DNA of 64,000 bases, taken from positions 623,331 through 687,330 of the forward strand of contig JAOZGC010000002.1 in assembly GCA_027491915.1 (NCBI GenBank), read 5' to 3'. Origin of the DNA: Thermoproteota archaeon. Lineage in GTDB: Archaea; Korarchaeota; Korarchaeia; Korarchaeales; Korarchaeaceae. The notes beneath the pieces were generated by a model. The model searched no databases and was not told where the DNA came from. It was given only the letters and a program-made list of their open reading frames with translations. The position numbers were made by a program, and so were the translations under genes. Of the stretch, positions 60,824-64,000 are shown one piece after another (position 1 is the first letter of the stretch; every line of letters begins with the position of its first letter).

Positions 60824-63313
60824 GTGATCGACCTGAGGAGGGCGAGCCTCGCCGCGCTGACCCTGGCCGCGCTTGCCTCGGCGCCGGCCGTCCCCGCGTC
60901 GCCCGCCGCCGGGTGGTGGGATCCCGGGTGGAGGTACAGGATCCCGGTGTCCGTCTCCCCACCGCCTGGGGTGGACTTCGGGGTCGCGGCGGCCAACCTG
61001 AACCTGACGGAGCTGGCCTCGAGGCTGGGACTGCCGTCTCCGCCCGACCCCTCCGCCGTGAGGGTGGTCTCCCCGTCCGGGGAGGAGCTGCCGACCCGGA
61101 TCTCCTTCCCCGACTCGTCGGCGCTCGAGGACTTCGAGTCCGGCGGGCTCGATCGGTGGGAGGGGGACGCGGCCACCAGGCCGGCGGCCGAGCCCCCGGT
61201 GGGCTCGGGGGCCATGGAGTTCAGGGCCTGGTCCCCCGGGTCCAAGCTGGCCCTCAGGCTTTCCGGGTCCGACCTCAGGGGCCGGCGGATGCTGACCTTC
61301 GTCGGGGCCGGGAACTACACGGCCAGGATCAGGGACAGGATGATGGGGAGGGACCTGGCCTCCGTATCGGTGGAATCGGCCGAGCCGACCGTCTACGCCC
61401 TCTGGGTGGATCCCTCCCTGGTGGGCAGGGGCCGGTACTACCTGGAGCTCGTCCCCTCGGACCCGTTCACCTGGAACCTGATAGACGACGTCAGGCTCTC
61501 GGACCCGGTGATCCGGGTATCCTGGCCCTTCTCGGGGAGGTCCCATTACCAGATATACCTGGAGACGCCCGATTCCGGCGTCCCCCCCGCCCCCCTGTCG
61601 GACGTCGGGGAGCCGACCGCCGGGGTCGACGTGGAGGCGGGGGACCCCGAGGGGTTCACGGTCGCGGTCAACCTGTCCCGGGGCGCCGTCGTCTCCGGCC
61701 GGGTGGGGCTGGGGATCTCGGTGTCCGGCAACCTCTCCCCGGTGACCTCGGTCCAGGTCAGGATCGACTGGCCCGGGGAGGGATGGCCCTGGGACTCCGG
61801 GATCGTCCTGGAGGCCTCCCCGGTCGGGGGAGGGGTGTGGGTTGCCTCCTGGGACTCGGCCGCCACGGTGGCCGACGGGTACCACGAGGTCTGGGTCAGG
61901 GCGTTCGAGTCCGGGGGCAGGTTCGCCGAGACCGAGGTCCCCGTGCGCACCAGGAACGTGGAGTACGACGAGCCCGTCAACCTGGCTCCCGGCGCGGAGA
62001 GCTTCAGCTTCGCGGTATTCGGGGACAACAGGCCCGGCTCCACCCAGGACCCCCAGCCCAAGATCTTCCGCCAGATCCTGAGGGCCGTGGGGGAGGAGGA
62101 CGTCGTCATGGCCTTCGACACGGGGGACGTGGTCTACAGCGGGACCTGGTTCGAGTACCTGGAGTTCAGGGACGTGGTCAGCGTCCTGAGGATCCCCCTC
62201 TACATAGCCAGGGGGAACCACGAGGTCGGGACCAAGAGGGAGGGGGAGGAGTACTTCAGGGCGCTGTTCGACGCCCCCGGCTATGAGAGGAACTCCTACT
62301 ACTCCTTCGACTACGGGAACTCCCACTTCGTCGTGCTGAACGCCAACATCGTCGGCCACCCGTACACCCTGCCGGAGGAGGAGATCGAGTGGCTGGAGTC
62401 CGACCTGGCCGACGCCCGGTCCAGGGGGGTCGAGCACGTGTTCGCCTTCATCCACCAGCCCCCCTACAAGTACGCCCACGGGCTGGAGGACCCGGGGGTC
62501 GAGTCCAGGCTCAGGGACCTCTTCTCGGAGTACGGCGTCGACGCGGTGTTCCAGGGCCACGAGCACATGTTCTACAACGCGACGGAGGGAGGGGTCAGGG
62601 CCTACGTGTGCGGCGGGGCCGGGGCGGCCCTGGACACCCAGTACCCGCCCCAGTACCTCTTCTTCCACTACATGGTGGTCACGGTGGACGGCCCGGAGGT
62701 CAGGTACGAGCTCAGGAAGCCCCTGGTCCTGGAGATAAGGAGGCCCTGGGAGAACGAGACCGTGGTCGACGAGCCCCGGTTCAGGCTCGTGGGGAGGACC
62801 CAGCCCTACGCCTCGGTGGAGGTCAACGGGACCCCCGTCGACGTCGGCGAGGAGGGGACCTTCGGGGCAGACCTGACCCTCTCCCCCGGCCGCAACCTGG
62901 TGGTGGTGAGGGCGTCCGCCGGCGGGGAGACGGCGGAGGCCGAGGTGACCGTGACCTACAGGCCCAGGATCTCGGTCGAGGCGCCGGGCTCTGTGGAGCC
63001 GGGGGCCGAGTTCCGGGTCAGGGTGTCCTCGCCGGTCGGGGTTCCCGAGGGGGCGGAGGTCGTCATGGAGGGTGAGGGGGTCCGGGTCGGGGCCGACGGG
63101 ACCGTCACCCTGAGGGCCCCGGAGGAGCCCGGGGTCTACGTGGTGGCCGCCAGGGCGTCCGGGTTCTCGGCCGGGGCGGCCAGGGTGGAGGTCTCCGGGG
63201 GAGGGGGGGCGGCGGGCCCCGCGGGAGGTGGGTGGGCGTGGATCGCCGCGGCCGCTGCCGCCGCGGTGGCGGCGGCCGCCCTCTTCCTCCTGCTCCGCAG
63301 GCAGGGGGGGTGA
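60824..63313 (+). CDS. Secreted, C-terminally anchored multidomain metallophosphoesterase (purple acid phosphatase-like)
   Basis: Signal peptide; WWDPGWRYRIP; FAVFGDNR, TGDVV, RGNHE, HQPP, QGHEH; Ig-like domains; TM plus RRQ tail. Confidence 0.88.
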   Translation: MIDLRRASLAALTLAALASAPAVPASPAAGWWDPGWRYRIPVSVSPPPGVDFGVAAANLNLTELASRLGLPSPPDPSAVRVVSPSGEELPTRISFPDSSALEDFESGGLDRWEGDAATRPAAEPPVGSGAMEFRAWSPGSKLALRLSGSDLRGRRMLTFVGAGNYTARIRDRMMGRDLASVSVESAEPTVYALWVDPSLVGRGRYYLELVPSDPFTWNLIDDVRLSDPVIRVSWPFSGRSHYQIYLETPDSGVPPAPLSDVGEPTAGVDVEAGDPEGFTVAVNLSRGAVVSGRVGLGISVSGNLSPVTSVQVRIDWPGEGWPWDSGIVLEASPVGGGVWVASWDSAATVADGYHEVWVRAFESGGRFAETEVPVRTRNVEYDEPVNLAPGAESFSFAVFGDNRPGSTQDPQPKIFRQILRAVGEEDVVMAFDTGDVVYSGTWFEYLEFRDVVSVLRIPLYIARGNHEVGTKREGEEYFRALFDAPGYERNSYYSFDYGNSHFVVLNANIVGHPYTLPEEEIEWLESDLADARSRGVEHVFAFIHQPPYKYAHGLEDPGVESRLRDLFSEYGVDAVFQGHEHMFYNATEGGVRAYVCGGAGAALDTQYPPQYLFFHYMVVTVDGPEVRYELRKPLVLEIRRPWENETVVDEPRFRLVGRTQPYASVEVNGTPVDVGEEGTFGADLTLSPGRNLVVVRASAGGETAEAEVTVTYRPRISVEAPGSVEPGAEFRVRVSSPVGVPEGAEVVMEGEGVRVGADGTVTLRAPEEPGVYVVAARASGFSAGAARVEVSGGGGAAGPAGGGWAWIAAAAAAAVAAAALFLLLRRQGG

Positions 63314-63389
63314 CCGGCGCGCCCGCGGGCCGCCCGCGCCTCACCCGCCGGGCCCTCCCCCGGACCCGGACGGGGGCCGGGGGGCCTCC

Positions 63390-63790
63390 ATCCCCGGCCG
63401 CCTGAGCACTTCCTCCCCCTCCCCGGGACGTCCCGATCCAGGGAGGGGAACCCGTCGGCGCCGATCCGGCCGGCCGCCGGGGGGTGCGCGGGGTCGAGGG
63501 TCTCCAGCCCGGGCCCGGGGCGTACGCCCCGAGGGACCCGAAGACCTCGTTCAGGTTGATTGCCCTGAGCTCGGCGCCGGTCCTCCGGACGGAGTGCCCC
63601 ACCATGGCCTCGGCGATCTCCCTCCCGCCCCCCGGAGACCCTGGAGTGGAGGGACCAGAGCTCCGAGATCACCAGCCCGGATATCACCGGATCCGTGACC
63701 TGCCTCCCCCTCGGTCCGCAGCGCCCTCCGGTGGTTCGAGTCCGTCTTGACCGCGGGGGGAACCACGCAACTCGTGTGTGTTGTCCCCCA
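63390..63790 (-). pseudogene. Decayed PIN-domain (VapC) gene
   Basis: Pieces across frames: AVKTDSNHRRAL, VISGLVISELWS, EIAEAMVGHSV, LETLDPAH..AAGRIGADGFPSLDRD. Confidence 0.55.
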
Positions 63791-64000
63791 GCTCCCCCTC
63801 CCTCCGGGGCCTCGGCGGGCGGCGTCTCCCCCCTCCCGATATGCCCCCTCCTAGAACGTCCCCACTATCCTCTCGACGCCCCCGTCCCTCTTTCCCCCTC
63901 CGCTCCCATCCCTCGCGGTGTAACCCCTCTGACGGTCCTGAAGCCGAGCCGAAAGAGATGGTCCAACACCACCTTTCAGGTGGGGCCGACCCGAGCCACA

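Noticed and set aside
63551-63790. TnpB/IS605 end suggested by RAINL
   Set aside because: No Zn-finger or RuvC motifs; the surrounding fragments fit a PIN domain better
1-64000. CRISPR array, cas genes, rRNA, tRNA
   Set aside because: No regularly spaced 24-40 nt repeats, and no cloverleaf or rRNA signature seen by eye; small ncRNAs cannot be excluded without Infernal or tRNAscan

Overview
Chromosomal DNA from a very GC-rich, probably (hyper)thermophilic archaeon. The exact lineage cannot be fixed from this window. Archaeal markers include FBP aldolase/phosphatase, archaeal-type TPI, archaeal SAM synthetase, AMP phosphorylase, AspRS-like asparagine synthetase, Nre and short AT-rich TATA islands upstream of many starts. 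Most long ORFs in the supplied track are GC-driven shadow frames; I support about 60 real genes. Content: central metabolism (fbp, tpiA, OFOR alpha/beta, ADP-forming acetyl-CoA synthetase alpha, CoA-disulfide reductase/NADH oxidase), an ORP-like Fe-S operon, ABC-2 and MoxR clusters, several secreted or surface proteins, six apparently intact toxin-antitoxin pairs plus two decayed VapC genes, and an orphan DNA methyltransferase beside a decayed restriction endonuclease. Best candidates for undescribed biology: (1) an operon of a tiny HpdC/BssC-like 4-Cys protein, a HEAT-repeat protein and an SPL-like radical SAM enzyme; (2) an ArsR-led operon with a membrane protein, a 45-aa coiled-coil peptide and a bactofilin-like beta-solenoid; (3) three apparent pseudoenzyme fusions (ThrC-like without its PLP lysine plus wHTH; AdkA-like without its P-loop lysine plus a nucleoside deoxyribosyltransferase-like domain; OB-fold plus degenerate AAA); (4) a C-terminal S-layer-like module shared by two unrelated surface proteins; (5) a triple-domain pilin-like gene whose class III signal is out of frame. 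No rRNA, tRNA, CRISPR array or intact transposase was seen. All family assignments are motif recognition by eye, not database searches.
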